From Chromera velia (taxonomy: Eukaryota), in contig JAHBMJ010000342.1 of the NCBI GenBank assembly GCA_018398765.1, forward strand, positions 1-50,524: a stretch of 50,524 nt of DNA, written 5' to 3'. Of this stretch, positions 22,729-35,780 are shown piece by piece. Position numbers and translations under genes: made by a program. The notes under the pieces are model-generated. The model had not been told where the DNA came from. It did no database searches and worked only from the letters and a program-made list of their open reading frames with translations. The number at the start of each line of letters is the position of its first letter. Positions within the stretch are counted from its first letter, which is position 1.

Positions 22729-23610
22729 CGCCCCCAACACACATACGCACATTCACTCACAAGTGAGAAGGAAACAGAAATTCTAAAGGCCCACAAAGGA
22801 GCGACTGGCTCACTGACCGAATTTGCAGGGAACAGATGGGTGGATGTAGAAGCACGTTGCTCCGTAGTAACAGTGTGGCCAGTTTTTGCACTGCAACAAG
22901 CAAACACATTGGAACAAAGCGAGGGGAAAAGAACAGCAGGGAAGGAAGGAAGGAAGCAGAGAGAAAAAAAGAGAGAAGGGGAAAGAACACTGCATATTTT
23001 GGTGGGTAGAAGAACGTTCTTCGCTCCTCTTCCTTCAGATGAAGCCCCACAGGCCCCCCCCCTTGCTGCCTGCGCCTCTGAACGAAAGTCTCAGTAGAGC
23101 CCCGAATGTCTGCAGGTTCCCCCGAAAGGAAACCGCCGGATCTCCCACACTAGTCCTCAGAGAACAAACAATTAAGTCAACGGATTCTGAGCAAAAACAA
23201 TCGATCGTTCGGCCAACCACTCCTTTCTGCTATACCTTCTTGCATGGACTCACGACGAAATTAAGAGAAACCGTTGACAAGCAGGCAGGCAGCCGATCGC
23301 ATTTCTTTGACACGAAGGACCAACCACCCAAGAGAAAAAAAAAAAGAGCAGACAAAGACCAAAGACGACGGAACACTTGAGTTTCCTCCACTTTTTCCTG
23401 TTTTTTTCTACGTCTGGCTTTCTTTCAAAAAGCACCATGCAAGCAAGAGAGCTTTGACAAGAAGCTTCGCTCAAATACACCATACGAAGAAAAAGCCCAA
23501 AAGAGCGAGCAGTCTAGCATTCAAAAGAGTCGCAGCCCAAAACGAGAGGCAACATAAATCACAAGCGTGTCTTTCTACTCGGGAAGAGAGACCATCAATT
23601 TTGTGTGCGT

Positions 23611-23642
<32 letters not shown>

Positions 23643-25614
23643 TGATTTTTTTTTTTGTTTTTTGTTTCTTTTTTTTTTGTGCTTATTTTTGTTTTTGTTT
23701 TGTGTTTTGCTTTTTTTAATATAGACGTGTTTTTGTGCCTCTTCCGAGTCTCTCTCTGCGTCTCTAAATCTCTCTCCAGAATCTGGCTGTCTGCTTGTGT
23801 TCATCCGAAAGCACACTCATTCTTGTATCAAAACAGCGGGAACGTTTCTCTCTCTCTCTCTGTCTCTGCGGTCGGAGGTTTCACTGCAGTTGTCCCACCC
23901 TTACAACCATCAGTACAAGCATCCAAATCAGAAATTCCCCATACAATCAAGGAGCAGCCACACAGAACCCCTTCTCCCCCCCCCCCTGAAGGACAGACAG
24001 AACAGGAAGACGCACCATCTCCTTCGGGTGGATGAACGGACACTTTTGCCCCTTCTCGCACTTCGGGAAGTCAGGACACCTTCTCGGCTGCATTCATTCA
24101 TTCATTCATTCATTCATTCATTCATTCATTCAGTCAGTCAGTCAGTCAGTCAGTCAGTCAGTCAGTCAGTCAGCGATTTGCATCATCGGAAGTGAAGGGA
24201 AGGGAAGGCACGGCAGGAAAGGAGGGAGGGAGGAAGAAAGATCAGTCAAGGAAGAACGGGAAAAGAAAAGAAAGGCATTCCACTCCATTCCAAGACAGGG
24301 AGGGAGAACAGTTCGTTCAGGCGATCCGAAGCGAGTCTCGAGAAAAGAAAAGGTGAGAGAACAGCGAAGAAACCAAAAAGGTCTGTCAGGAACAGCGCAC
24401 GCTCAGAGCCCTTTTCAGGCCGGCTTGTTTCAGCTTTCATAAACAACACAAGATCAAACCGTACGACAGACAGGCAGGCACGCACGCACACAGGCAGGCA
24501 GACTAACTGACTTTTTCCGCCGGAGGACCCCCTCCCATGCCGCCAGCCGCCATCATTGCAGCCATAGCGGGAGGGGGGAAGGGAGGGAACATGCCCGGAT
24601 GGGGAGGTCCCAACTCGGGGGGAATGCCCATTTCCGCCGCCAGAGCTCCAAGGGGAGAGGGGCGCAGAACGGGGGGTCGACCGCCACCCTGAGAGTCGCG
24701 TCGGGGTCCCTGTGCCGGTCCCCCGGGTCCGCCTGCCTGAGGTCCGGGAGGGAAGGGGGGAGGAGGACCCCCTCCGAAAGGGGGACCCCCGCCTCCTCCA
24801 GGCCGCACAATGGTGGGAGGGGGAAACTGGGGTCGTTGCTGAGGAGCCATGTGAGGTACGTGGCGAGGGGGGGGGAAGCCATTCCCAGGCTCAGCAGGAG
24901 GCGCATGGGGGGCACCAAAGGCGGGCACGCCCACGGGAGGATTCGGGTATTGGGGGGCTCCTCCCACCATGCCAGCATTGCTTCCGTTAGCAAGAGCCCC
25001 ACCGGAAGGATCCTGGAACGGCTGGGGGCTGGGGGCTGCCTCGGATGCGGGTTTGGGTCTGAAGACGAGGGCAGGCTCTTCGACTGCAGACAGACAGGTA
25101 CGCAAAGGAGAAGTGAAATGTGAAAGCACAAAATTCGATTGGCGGCAGAGCACGCATCAGATCCGCTCATTATGGACAGAAGGCTTGCAGGCAAGAACAA
25201 AAGACAGGAACTAACAAAGACAAAAAAGGGGGAAGGTCCAAGGACGCAAGTAAGAGAGAGGAAAAGCAGGCGGACCTTCCTTGATGTCGTCTTCCTTCAA
25301 GTCAGGGTTCTTCTTCAGTTGGAGAGTCGGGGCAAAGGTCATCACCTCTGTGTCCTCATCCATCCCCCCACCAGACGGGGGCTGCTCCCCTCCCATGTCC
25401 GCATCTCCTGAACCTCTCTCTGGTTCTGCGGCCTGTGGGGATGGAGCGGGTCTGCAAGGGGCAACAAACAAAAAAGGGGGGGAGACCTTGGAAAGTTAAG
25501 CACAGCTGCAACGACGCATACGAACATGCCTGCCTGTCTCATGAACCGCGCAGTCACCAAGCTCTCACACACAAAGTCGGATGTACACATACACATGCAT
25601 CTCCAAGAGCAGTT

Positions 25615-25656
<42 letters not shown>

Positions 25657-27350
25657 CCCTGTGATCCCACAAACTCTCACACACAATCCCACACATGATC
25701 TCTCTCTTTCTCTTTCTCTCTGTACTACTCACTGACTCACTGAAAAGAGAACAGAAGGATTGACACAGAACCAAAAATCTGCTCTCAGTGATGCATAACG
25801 CACCCCCCCCTTCAGACAAACTTCGTTCCCGGATCGATGAAACCAATGAAGAAGTGAATCAGGCAGGTCGGCTGACTGACCGGAGAGATACTCGGGATCC
25901 CCCTTCTGCGTGCTGCTGCTGTGCGGCTGCAGAGGGTCTCAGAATAACCGGGTTGGGGGGTCTGGCGCCTTCTCTGTCTCCTCCTCTGCTCTGCTTCGGA
26001 AGGAGACGGACTCCACTCCTCCCGCTGCCTCCTCTCTCATCCCCATGATGCCATGCAGGTTTTGAGCCTGCAGCAGTCAGCTGGACTCTCCCATTCCTTT
26101 CCCTCTCTCCTCTCTCCCTGTCATCCCTCTCCCGTCTCTTCTCGCGTGCGTCATAATCGGGTAAATCCAAATCCTCGCTCCCCTCACCGTCTCCCACTCC
26201 CCTCTCACCACGCGACCGCTGGTGCCAATCATGAGTCCTCTCTCTTCCCCTGGAGCGAGAACGCGAGCGATCTCGACGAGATCCTCTTCGTTCTCTTTCT
26301 CTTTCTCTTTCCCTGTCATCTCGAATTCTGTGTGCGTGTGCCCTCTCTCTCTCCCTCTCTCTTTCACGATCTTCCCGCATTCCCCTGCGGTCCCTCTCTC
26401 TGTCTCTGTCCTTCTGGACGTCTCTGGAGTGAACTCGATCCTCCTCAACACGGGAGGATCGTCGCGTCTCCCTCTCTCTCCTATCCGACCCTCTGACACC
26501 CGACTCAATCGCCAACTTGAATAAGCGATTCTTCGTGTTCTCACGGTCCTTCAGGGTCTTGTGCTCGCGGCCGCGGGTTTCTCTTTCCCTTTCCCGCTCT
26601 CCGCCCGAGCGGCCGCTCTTGCGCTGCATCAAGAAACACAAGTGCGTGAACGACCTACGTCAACAAAGAGGTCTGCTGGAGGCGGAAGGAAACAGGCGGA
26701 GGAGGAAGAGAGAAAGATGAAAGTGATTCTTAAACTGTGCGTGCCCTGCTCTGGCTTGGACTGACCTCCGGAGGGGCTTCCTCATTGCTTGTGCCCACGT
26801 TGCAGTTCTCACAAATCCAGTCTGCAAACTCCTCAGACTGCAGGGGGCACAATGGATCGAGCGTTTGGAATGAGAGCAAGGAAGGAACAAAAAACGGGGG
26901 NNNNNNNNNNNNNNNNNGGGGGGGGGGGGAAGAAAACGAGCAGATGAAGTCAGAGAGGGTCAAGTAAAAGAAAGTTAAAGAGGGACAAAACGAACACAGT
27001 ATACGATCTTCATCCAGCTGGCTGCCCGACCTGATCTCCTCCAAGGAACTCCCCGAGCTCAGACCTCAGCTTGTCCTTTGACGCTCCATCGGAAAGGAGG
27101 CAGTCAACAAACCTGCACGGGGGAAACAAAGACAGAGGGGGAGAGTATGCATGCACTCCGACCCGATACTTATCGTTCGCGGTAGGAGTGCGTTCAGAGG
27201 AAGGGAAGCTTGCAATGAGTGCTGGGACGGCGAAAGGCAAGAACGAGCGTGGCAGGAGCACTGGACTGACTGTATGAGGGTCTCGTACTCCGCTTCTCCA
27301 TTGATTTCAGTGAGCCGCTCGACGGCACGCGTCTTCGTTGCCTCGTCCAT
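21472..27350 (-). CDS. Nab2/ZC3H14-like nuclear poly(A) RNA-binding protein (PWI-like N-terminus, RE/RS-rich region, Pro-rich region, three CCCH fingers)
   Basis: Spliced N-terminus MDEATKTRAVERLTEINGEAEYETLIQ|FVDCLLSDGASKDKLRSELGEFLGGDQ|SEEFADWI is PWI-like. An RE/RD/RS-rich exon lies near 25880-26623 and a Pro-rich exon near 24510-25085. The fingers are CPDFPKCEKGQKCPFIH (about 24030-24080), CKNWPHCYYGATCFYIH (about 22840-22890) and CKFG|SNCTNATCNYTH. The last exon ends GEVHA* at 21472. Confidence 0.8.
24091..24172. repeat. Compound (CATT)n(CAGT)n microsatellite, intronic
   Basis: Directly visible tetranucleotide runs. Confidence 0.9.
26901..26917. other. Small assembly gap within a G-run (intronic)
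   Basis: 17 N flanked by G homopolymers. Confidence 0.95.
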
Positions 27351-28097
27351 TCTGTTACTTTTCTGGCAACGTTTCCTGCTGATTTGGGACTACAAAAGGC
27401 TTAAAGAGGTACAACAAAGAGGTGACGGTCGATGTACTTCAAGTTGGACTCAAGAACGCGGCGGTGTTAAGAACAGACTGGGCCGATTTACCCTTGGGCA
27501 AAGAACACAGGTGAAGCAGGTTCAGGCCGGAGAATCTGATCGGTGAACCAGCGCTGAAAAATGTATATGGCTGGCTGTCCTATGTACGGCACGTACTTGA
27601 ATCAGCAGTTTGGTCGTCTTGAAGATGAGCGTGCATGCTCTCTGCAATTTTAGTGGGAGCTTCAAAAATGCATGCTTCAAATTTGCTGGAGTGCGTGCGC
27701 GCGCCGGATGGCTTGAGATTTGGAATTTTGTCACACATTTTTTTTGCCGCGGACCGCGAGGCCGTGCGCAAAACTTCATCTCATGCAGTCTTACACACGT
27801 ACACGTAGGCGCGCAATGCATGTGCGCGAGCCTTTTCCCGATCTTCTCTCGCCGGGCCGTCTCCGGGAATCTCCAAAAGCTGTATCACCTCTTCCAAATC
27901 CAGAAGAGGCTGCAAGAGAAGCACTTCAACGGAATTTGATCTTTTCCGAAGTCACGTATGACAAAGTGCGAAGGGATCGCTTTATACTTTTTAGTGAAGT
28001 GTTGAAAATATCCGCGACTGATCAGTCTGGGCCGGAAAACTGATTGATTTTAGCGACTGTTTGTATTTTTTTTTTGTCTATCCTTGTGTAGCCCACA
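27351..28097. promoter_or_regulatory. Putative bidirectional promoter and 5' UTR region
   Basis: 747 bp between divergent ATGs at 27350 (-) and 28098 (+). It holds clustered TGCATG motifs (about 27632, 27669, 27817) and GCGCGC-type motifs. Confidence 0.55.
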
Positions 28098-30724
28098 ATG
28101 GACGACGATGACGACATCTATGGAGGGCTAGACGTTGGGGACGGGGCTGATGAAGGAGAAGTGGAGGTGAGTTGTCCGGGATGTGAATAACCCGCTGACT
28201 CATTCTTCTCTTTGCCTTCACGTTTCTCATCTGATCTCGTTTGCAGGAGGTCGCTGAAGAGGACGAGGTGGGGCAGGAGGAAGAAAGGGTTGATGAAGAT
28301 GCTGGACAGGGGGATGCAGGTGCGGCAGATGCGCCTGCGGATCCCTTCCACCTGGGTGGCGGAGGAGAGGAAGCGGGAGGAGACGCCGCCCTGAATGCAG
28401 GAGACGGCGACGAGGTTGCCCTGGAAGACGACGGCGAGAACGAGGCAGAGGTGGACTGGGACGCAGACGACGATGATCATATTGAAGTTCTGGGGGAGGG
28501 GGACGTGGACACACCCGGGCGCCTTGGTGGGACGCCCCACGGGATGACAGGGAGGAGTCGCAGGGACAGTGGAGGACTCCATGGCTCTAGTGTCCGAGCT
28601 GGGGGGCACGGGGGGGGCTTCAAGAGAGGAGCAAGTAGACTGTCGGGACCGGCGCAAAAGAAGATGGAACTGAAAACGAAAAGTCAGGAGGGAAGGGAAC
28701 CGACAGATCATTGGGGGTGGGAATTTTGTGGGAGTGTCTGGCAGCGAAGCAACTTCTCCAAAACCCTGAGGTCTCCCCCCTAACATGCAGAGAGACTGAC
28801 AGACAGAAAGGGCAATGACAAAGAGGAGGGTGAGCGGGAGCTGGATGTGAATTTGTGAGTGTTGAGAGAAAAGGGGGGTCATCTGACTGGAATTGGGGCT
28901 CTGGCGGTCCCTCTCGGGACATACGTTTTTTATTTGTTTGTCTCAGGAACGTCCCTGCAGCACAAACTTTGCTTTCACTGATTGACCCTGCCGGATCGCT
29001 GCCCAACTACTTAAGGGAAAATTTTGATTCCCATGAAAATTCTTTACACCTGTCTTGTGTTTTCTGCGTTTTTGCATTACAGCACAGTACGTTCAATTCA
29101 CTGCGGAGGCGGAGGAGGAGGACCGAGGGTTGGATCATGAGAACGGGGTACTGCTCACCGATCTTCCACAGGTAGGATCTCATCGTTTGTCTGTAGTAGT
29201 GTGACCTCTCTCTGTGTTTGTCTCTGCCTCTGTCTCTGGCAGTGGTCCGACCGACTTCACTTTTGCTTGCAACCCTACTCCCTTTTCGCCTCCTCCTCAT
29301 ATTTGATTTCTGGGCCTTTTCTTCCTCGTCTTTTGTCTCTCTGTCTTTGTCCTCCCGTGATTTTGGGGGGGGGTCTTTGCTTTTGCATGCAGTGGGTTGG
29401 AGACTTCCACCTTCGAGAGAAGCTGAGAGAATACGGGGACGTGGCGGGAATCCGTTTCGCCGAACATCCGGAGACGGGAGTGTCCACAGGGTGAGGTGGA
29501 CAGAGAGGAAGAGAGAGGAGGGAGGGAAGGGGGTCAGACCACACCGAGATACAATTTGCCTGTTTGGGCGCGAGAAGAAGCGACAAATAAGTGATTGGTA
29601 TTCTTTTGTCTGACTGGGTGACGCTGTTTTGCTGGTGTGTCTTGTTTTGAGGAAGCGAGCGAGTTCGGCATTTGCCTCTCTCTGCATTTGTCGTTTCTCT
29701 GGGAGTGCGACGTGTAAGAGGACTCGGTTCTCAGAGTGCTTTTGAAGGTCCTGTTGATTCCACTCTGTATGACCTTCGGTTCTCTTCTCTTCACCTACCC
29801 TCACATCCCTGTCCATCTGTCTGCCTCTGGGTGTCTTCGCAGGAGAGCGATTGCAGTTTTCAGTGAAAAGGAAGCGGCCAAGAAGTGCATTTCTCAGGAG
29901 GACAAGCTGTGAGTCGTTTTCACGTTGATGCATTCGCTTGCAGCATTCAAACAAAATTGTGGATAAAGGATCTGAGCGCTATTCTCTGAGGCATGCATGG
30001 CACGGTTGGGTTTGCTTCGGTCGATGAGCGAGACTTTCTCTTCACCTTCCCGCTTGATGGCTTTCTTTTGATGGATCTCCTTCCTGGGAGAAATCGAGAA
30101 AAGAAACAGACAAACAAGACCGAAAGCCGGGCTAACTGGATGGCCTCTCTGTGGTGTGACACTCCTTGCCGGCATGCCAATTTTGGACTTCTTTTCTCTT
30201 GTTCATCCGTGGAATGTTTCCTCTGACCGGTTTCTCTACTTCGACGTTTTGTCATGTCTTCTCTATGTCTGCCTTGATGGTTGTGTATTCTCAGTTTTTA
30301 ATTCTGATTGCATCCATACATACATTGCTATTTCCTTTCGCATTCCCGTGCATGCAGTGTTTGGATATCCGCCAGGCCGCCAGACGAACGTCTAATGAAG
30401 GACGGAGACAGCGAAGACGTCCCGGTCGGTGTTCACCCGGTTCGTGACTTCCTCTGGGAAGCCCTGGCGGTCTGGCCTAGCGAGGGCAGCGAGGAGGTCC
30501 CTCAGCAGACCCACAGCGGCAAGAGGCCCCCGAACGGGAGGGACCAGGAGGGGGAAGAGAGAGAGAAGGAGTTGGGGGATGGAAATTCGAGTGTGCAGAA
30601 AGACTCGGGGGCAGGTGGTATAGTGGCAGCAGTGACGTGGTTGAAGGGAGGGGCTCTGCCGAGGGATGTTCTTCCGGTCCGTTCTTGTTCTTGTTGTTGT
30701 TGATGATTTCTTTTTTTTTGTCAA

Positions 30725-30763
<39 letters not shown>

Positions 30764-32367
30764 GTTGCTTACTTGCAACAGTCGAATGCGCACAAACTGC
30801 AGAGAGACGCGTTTAGTTCTCGACGGGAGAACTATCATTTGTTGAAGGAACTGGAGGTGGTCCCTTCACATGTCTTTTCTAAGCCTCGTCTCTTACCTTT
30901 CCCCACTTTTTCGGTGTGTCCGTCCATCTGCACTATCCTTCACAGAGAGAGACCCAAGTTGGCGCCTGGAAGTAGAAAGGCCAAAGGAAGGAAGCAAGGC
31001 CTCATGCAGCCAGATGGATCCAGAGCCCTTTGTGTAGCGTCTCTTCCTCCGCTGTCTGTATCTTTTTCAGTTGGCCTCTTTGAAGTATCGTCTACTAGAG
31101 CCTCTCTGGAGTCTCTGCTTTGCTCCCAACATTCAGATGTTATTCTCCTCTGCTGTTTTTTCTTTTTTTCTTTCATTTCGATGAGTGAGTGAGTGTCTGC
31201 AGAAAGTTCTGAGCGCTCTGGCCATCCCCCCCCCTCGACTCCTTCACCGCCCCCCCTGGGCCGACCAAGAAGGGCCCCCACCCCCCATCGGACCTCCATT
31301 CCCCCACCCGCCCCACATGCCCCCCCCTCAGGGGCCCTGGCCTGGCCCCGATGGACCCTTCGCCGGCGGGCCCTTCCGAGGACCCCCTCCCAGAGGGCCC
31401 CGGCCATTCATGCCACCAATGGGCCCCGGCCCCGATGCCGCAAACGAAGAAGCGCTCCTGAATGCGCTCCTAAAGGCAAACGGCCTGGACCCAGACAGCG
31501 ATGATAGCAGCACCTCCTCTGACTCATCGGGTAAGTAAGCTGTTTGTTGTGTCGTTCTGTCCCCCCGTCTGTTGCTCCATGATTCCCTCTGCACTCGTCT
31601 GCGTCTTTTTTTCTCTCAAAAAAAGCGTGCGCTAATTAGAAGGCCAATCAATGAGCAGGCCTGACAACCGTATATCTATGCGAGGATGGAGGATTGCTCC
31701 GCAGGTGTGCAGACACACAAAGTCTGATGTAAAAGCTGCTGTTTGCTGTTTCTCTTGTCGATCCTCCACTTTTCTTTCTTCCATTTACTCACAGGTTCTG
31801 AAGGCGGAAAGAAGAAGAAAAAGGGAAAGAAGAGCAAAAAGCGAAAGAGGGAGGAAAAGGACAAGGACAAGGATGCCAAGGACAAGGGCAAGGAGAAGGA
31901 CAAGGACAAGGAGAAAGAAAAGTGAGTCAGTTGTAGATCCGATTTCGTTTCCGCTTCTCAACATCCACTCAGACTTTGTCAGGGCATGAAACAAAGGCCG
32001 AACGGCAAGGCAAATCCATTAATGGGTGCGCTGACACGTACCGAGCTCAACCGACTCAATGGGCCGATTCAGTTGCTTGAAAGGGAGGGAAGCAGAAAGT
32101 AGAGGAATGAGGAAAGAACGGATCGAAGTGCCTGGGAATATTACTCAATTGATGCACGGTTGTATTCACGTATGAACTCCCTGCGTCCATCCCACCTTGA
32201 TGAACCCATAAGCACAAGACAAGAAGAATCTTTGAACTTTGGACGTCCACAGAATTTCCCCCCCCAGTCTTTCTTTCCGGCTCAGATCGGATCGGATTGC
32301 TGTGCCGTTGATCCATGCATGCGTCTGTCCTCTCGCGGTCATCATAGTCCTTCCCTTCTCTGAATTC

Positions 32368-32399
<32 letters not shown>

Positions 32400-33206
32400 A
32401 GAAAGGCATCGAAGAAAGCGCGGAAAGAAAAAGACAAACAGAAAGACAAACCCGCCGAGGCACCGCAACAGAATGGAGGAGCAGCCGCATCATCATCGCA
32501 CCTCCCAGACAGTACCACCCAGGGATTCCCCCCCCAAGCCCATCAAGGGGGCTCCTTCTATGGTCCCTCTGCCGGCATTCCTCCCCATGGCGGGGGGGCC
32601 TCTGCCCCCGCACCCACCGCCCCTCCTGCGTCCAAAATCACATTGCGCCCAGCCTCTGAGGTAATGGCAGCAAAGCAGGCATCAGAAAATCCTCCCGGTA
32701 ACTTCCCTCCCGCTCAGGATCAGTTCCCTCCTCACCACCACCAACCGCCGCCGCAACAGCAACAACCAGGAGGTCCTGTCGGTCCCCCTCCCTTCCAGCC
32801 GCCGATGGGACCTCCTGGTGGCTCCTTCTATGGTGGCCACCATCCGCATCCCTTTCAACACCCCCAAGGGGGCCAGCCCCCTCCGGGCCCTCCTTCTGGG
32901 TGGGAAGGCGGCTGGAACAGAGACGGCCCTCCGGGGGGCGGCGGAGATCCCAACGGAAGGTACCAGGGCTCGCACTACGGACACTACGGACCACCGCCAC
33001 GCGAACCGTCACACTACGGGCCGCCACCCGACGTTCCGTATGGCTCAAGCTACGAGGCGGCGGGCTACGGTGATTCATACGAACTGGTTCCGCCGCCTCG
33101 TCGGCAGCCTGATGGGGGGGGTGGTAGGCACGGAGGACAGAGAGGTGGCGGAAGAAAAGATAGGGACAGAGATATTAGAGGGCAGCACGGGAGCTTCTAT
33201 CGATGA
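28098..33206 (+). CDS. CFIm68/CPSF6-like cleavage factor subunit (acidic N-terminus, single RRM, Pro-rich and basic C-terminal regions)
   Basis: Starts MDDDDDIYGGLDVG. The spliced RRM reads VLLTDLPQ|WVGDFHLREKLREYGDVAGIRFAEHPETGVSTG|RAIAVFSEKEAAKKCI, resembling the CFIm68 pattern L.WW.TD..L...I.F.E....G.SKG.A.V.F. Pro-rich exons lie near 31203-31530 and 32402-33206, and a K/D/E-rich exon near 31795-31921. Confidence 0.7.
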
Positions 33207-33309
33207 CCAGGGTCGTTGTTCATGTAGCTCAGCATGCTAGTCAGCATGTTTGAATGAACGGATTCAAGTCTAATTTTCTGATTTATTCTTATATGAGAGC
33301 GTCAGAGAG

Positions 33310-33310
<1 letters not shown>

Positions 33311-33351
<41 letters not shown>

Positions 33352-33352
33352 T

Positions 33353-33394
<42 letters not shown>

Positions 33395-33402
33395 GAGTAC
33401 TG

Positions 33403-33473
<71 letters not shown>
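33311..33473. repeat. (CA)n/(TA)n compound microsatellite
   Basis: Directly visible dinucleotide runs. Confidence 0.95.
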
Positions 33474-33477
<4 letters not shown>

Positions 33478-33916
33478 TCGACCTGCCAGTAACTGCAGTA
33501 TGATAGAGCTAAAAATCCAAAAAATATCAAAAAATTTAAGCAACTATATATAGGTAGCCTCATGATTTTTTTTACGGATTCATTATATCATCCGAAATTC
33601 TTATTATTACTTGTCATAGGATGGGATAGGATTAATGTCTGGAGGATTGGTCATTATTATTGATATGTTAATGAAACAGTGAAAATATAATATTTTGTAT
33701 CAATTACGCACTAATTATCGTAGCTACTATGGTTGATTGAATGATTGATTAGTTCCGCGCTAGGCCTTCGATCTCATTATGTCAAGGTGTACGTGGCCAC
33801 TGCTAACAGGCCCCGGGATATTATTTCAGACCCTCCCTCAAGGGCCCGCATACCAAACCTGATACACCGTAAACGCAGTGCAAGGGGTGTGCCGTAACTG
33901 TTTACGCTTCATCAAC

Positions 33917-34149
33917 GACCTCCCTGAACCTAAATACCACTTAAAAGTTTAAGTCGCATTTTTGGATAAGCTTGAAAGTCCGCGCCGCAGGCACAAATCA
34001 TTCACAGTGTTTTGAAAGTCAAAGCCGCACATCCGGACGGTGTCTTGAACGTCTACGCCGCAGTTGTGGACGGTTTCTTGAAAAACGATGCTGCAGATAG
34101 AGATCATCTTAACTATATTTTTTTAAGTGGCACTTAGGTTCAGGGAGGT
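33917..34149. mobile_element. MITE of about 233 bp with 29-bp TIRs and an imperfect 8-9 bp TSD
   Basis: Left end ACCTCCCTGAACCTAAATACCACTTAAAA (33918-33946). The reverse complement of the right end is ACCTCCCTGAACCTAAGTGCCACTTAAAA (34121-34149), 27/29 identical. Flanks are TTCATCAAC (33908-33916) and TTCATTAAC (34150-34158). Confidence 0.8.
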
Positions 34150-34991
34150 TTCATTAACCAAGGTCAGATGTCAATCTGCCTGCTTAACAAACAATCAAAC
34201 ACTCACAAAAACTGTTTGCTTATTTATTAATCAATCGATCGGGTACGTGACTCAGTCTGGCTCGAATGAAATATTTCATCTACAAAAAACGATCTGATTC
34301 ATCGAAAATGATCGAAAAAGAAGAAAAAAAAAAAGAACAAATGATTCAGAAAGAAAGAAAGATTAAAGAAAAGGAGACAGCTACAACCTCCTGTCCCATA
34401 GTTTCCTGCAAAAAATTGGGGTCGTTGCTATGCCCTTTCCGTTTGAGAAGGTGTAAGAGAAAACCTTTTATAGTGCTTGTTGGTTCTCTTCTTATTCCCA
34501 TTCTGCAGGCACATTTGAGACACTGTCAGTTGACATCCGCTTCATAAACAGAAAAGAGAAAAAGCTGCAGAAAACGTCTGATAAAAAGAGAAGTCTACAA
34601 TATGTTGTTCTTTTTATTAAGGGCGAAAAAGGTGGAGAAAGAATGCCCCCTGCTTCCTGTTAGATCTCTTCTTTTCTTCTCTTTTTAGTGTAGACTTTGA
34701 CTGCAAAGCCAGATGGATAAACAAGGAAAGAAGGAATAAAAAACATGTTGTGTCACCAGCCTCTCTTCTCTTTCTGCAAGAGTCGGGTTTATGCGTGTAT
34801 CAATTTTCGTGAGGGCGAAGATAGAGAGAAGTCCCCCTGCTTCTTGTTAGCTCACTCCTTCTCCCGCGTCCTTCTGCAGACCTCCAAAGAGAGACAAACA
34901 AAAAGTGGGCGACAGCCAGAGAGACAGAGAGATAGGGAGACAGAGACAAAAAAGATTTCAACAAAAAGAAACACTGTGACAGGAATATTTT

Positions 34992-35780
34992 TCACTTCGA
35001 CTCAGAGGTATGTATGTAGAAGACGTGTTCCCCTTTCCTGCTGCAATACTTCATATGGAGAACCTCCGCTCTAGTCTGGGTCTCTGCCGGGAAGATGTCT
35101 GCAACTGAGGGTAATGTCAGACCCCTGATGATTGGCAAAAGGTCTGCATGCCCATTCGCATCTTTTTCAGCCCTTTTTACAAGCGCTCTTCCCATCCACT
35201 TTGCTGGAAGACTCTTTATGAACTACAGAGTTTTGTCCATCTAGTCCACCCGTCTGCACATCTCTACAATCTCCATCTTCCTTGGTCTTACCTTCTCCTT
35301 CAACCACTTCTCTTTCATCCTATACGTACCAGCCCTGTCGAATTCAAAAAATCCTCAAGGGTTTCTATCCTTTCCCTCATGATCCACGCTTTCTTGACTC
35401 CCGCCTTCTGACTGCCTAGCCATGTGAGAAGGTCGAGTCCTTCTGCAGTAGGCTTGGGTAGACCAGGGTGGTGGCAGTTCCGGTCTGTAGGTACGTGTTG
35501 GTTGAGACACACATAGAGACACACTACTACTAAGATATGCGTCCTCCCCACTCTTCCCACCCTCTTCATTCTTCTCTTTCTCTGTGCCCTCCTTCTTGGA
35601 AGAAGGCTGAGGAAGTGGTGGTTGTTTTCCTCGCTGCACGGGAATGGTAGAAGATGGCTAGAAAGATGGGCTAAGGTAGGATCTGAGTGCTGCAGACGTG
35701 GCACTTCGAGTCGGATGACATTGTGAAAGGGATTGCTGGCCCCGGTCGGATACGACCTGGCGGTCTTGAATGGCATCAGA
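34992..35780 (-). pseudogene. Possible decayed coding sequence of unknown origin
   Basis: Protein-like frames broken by stops (...MKEKWLKEKVRPRKMEIVEMCRRVD*MDKTL*FIKSLPAKWMGRALVKRAEKD...). No family recognised. Confidence 0.25.
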
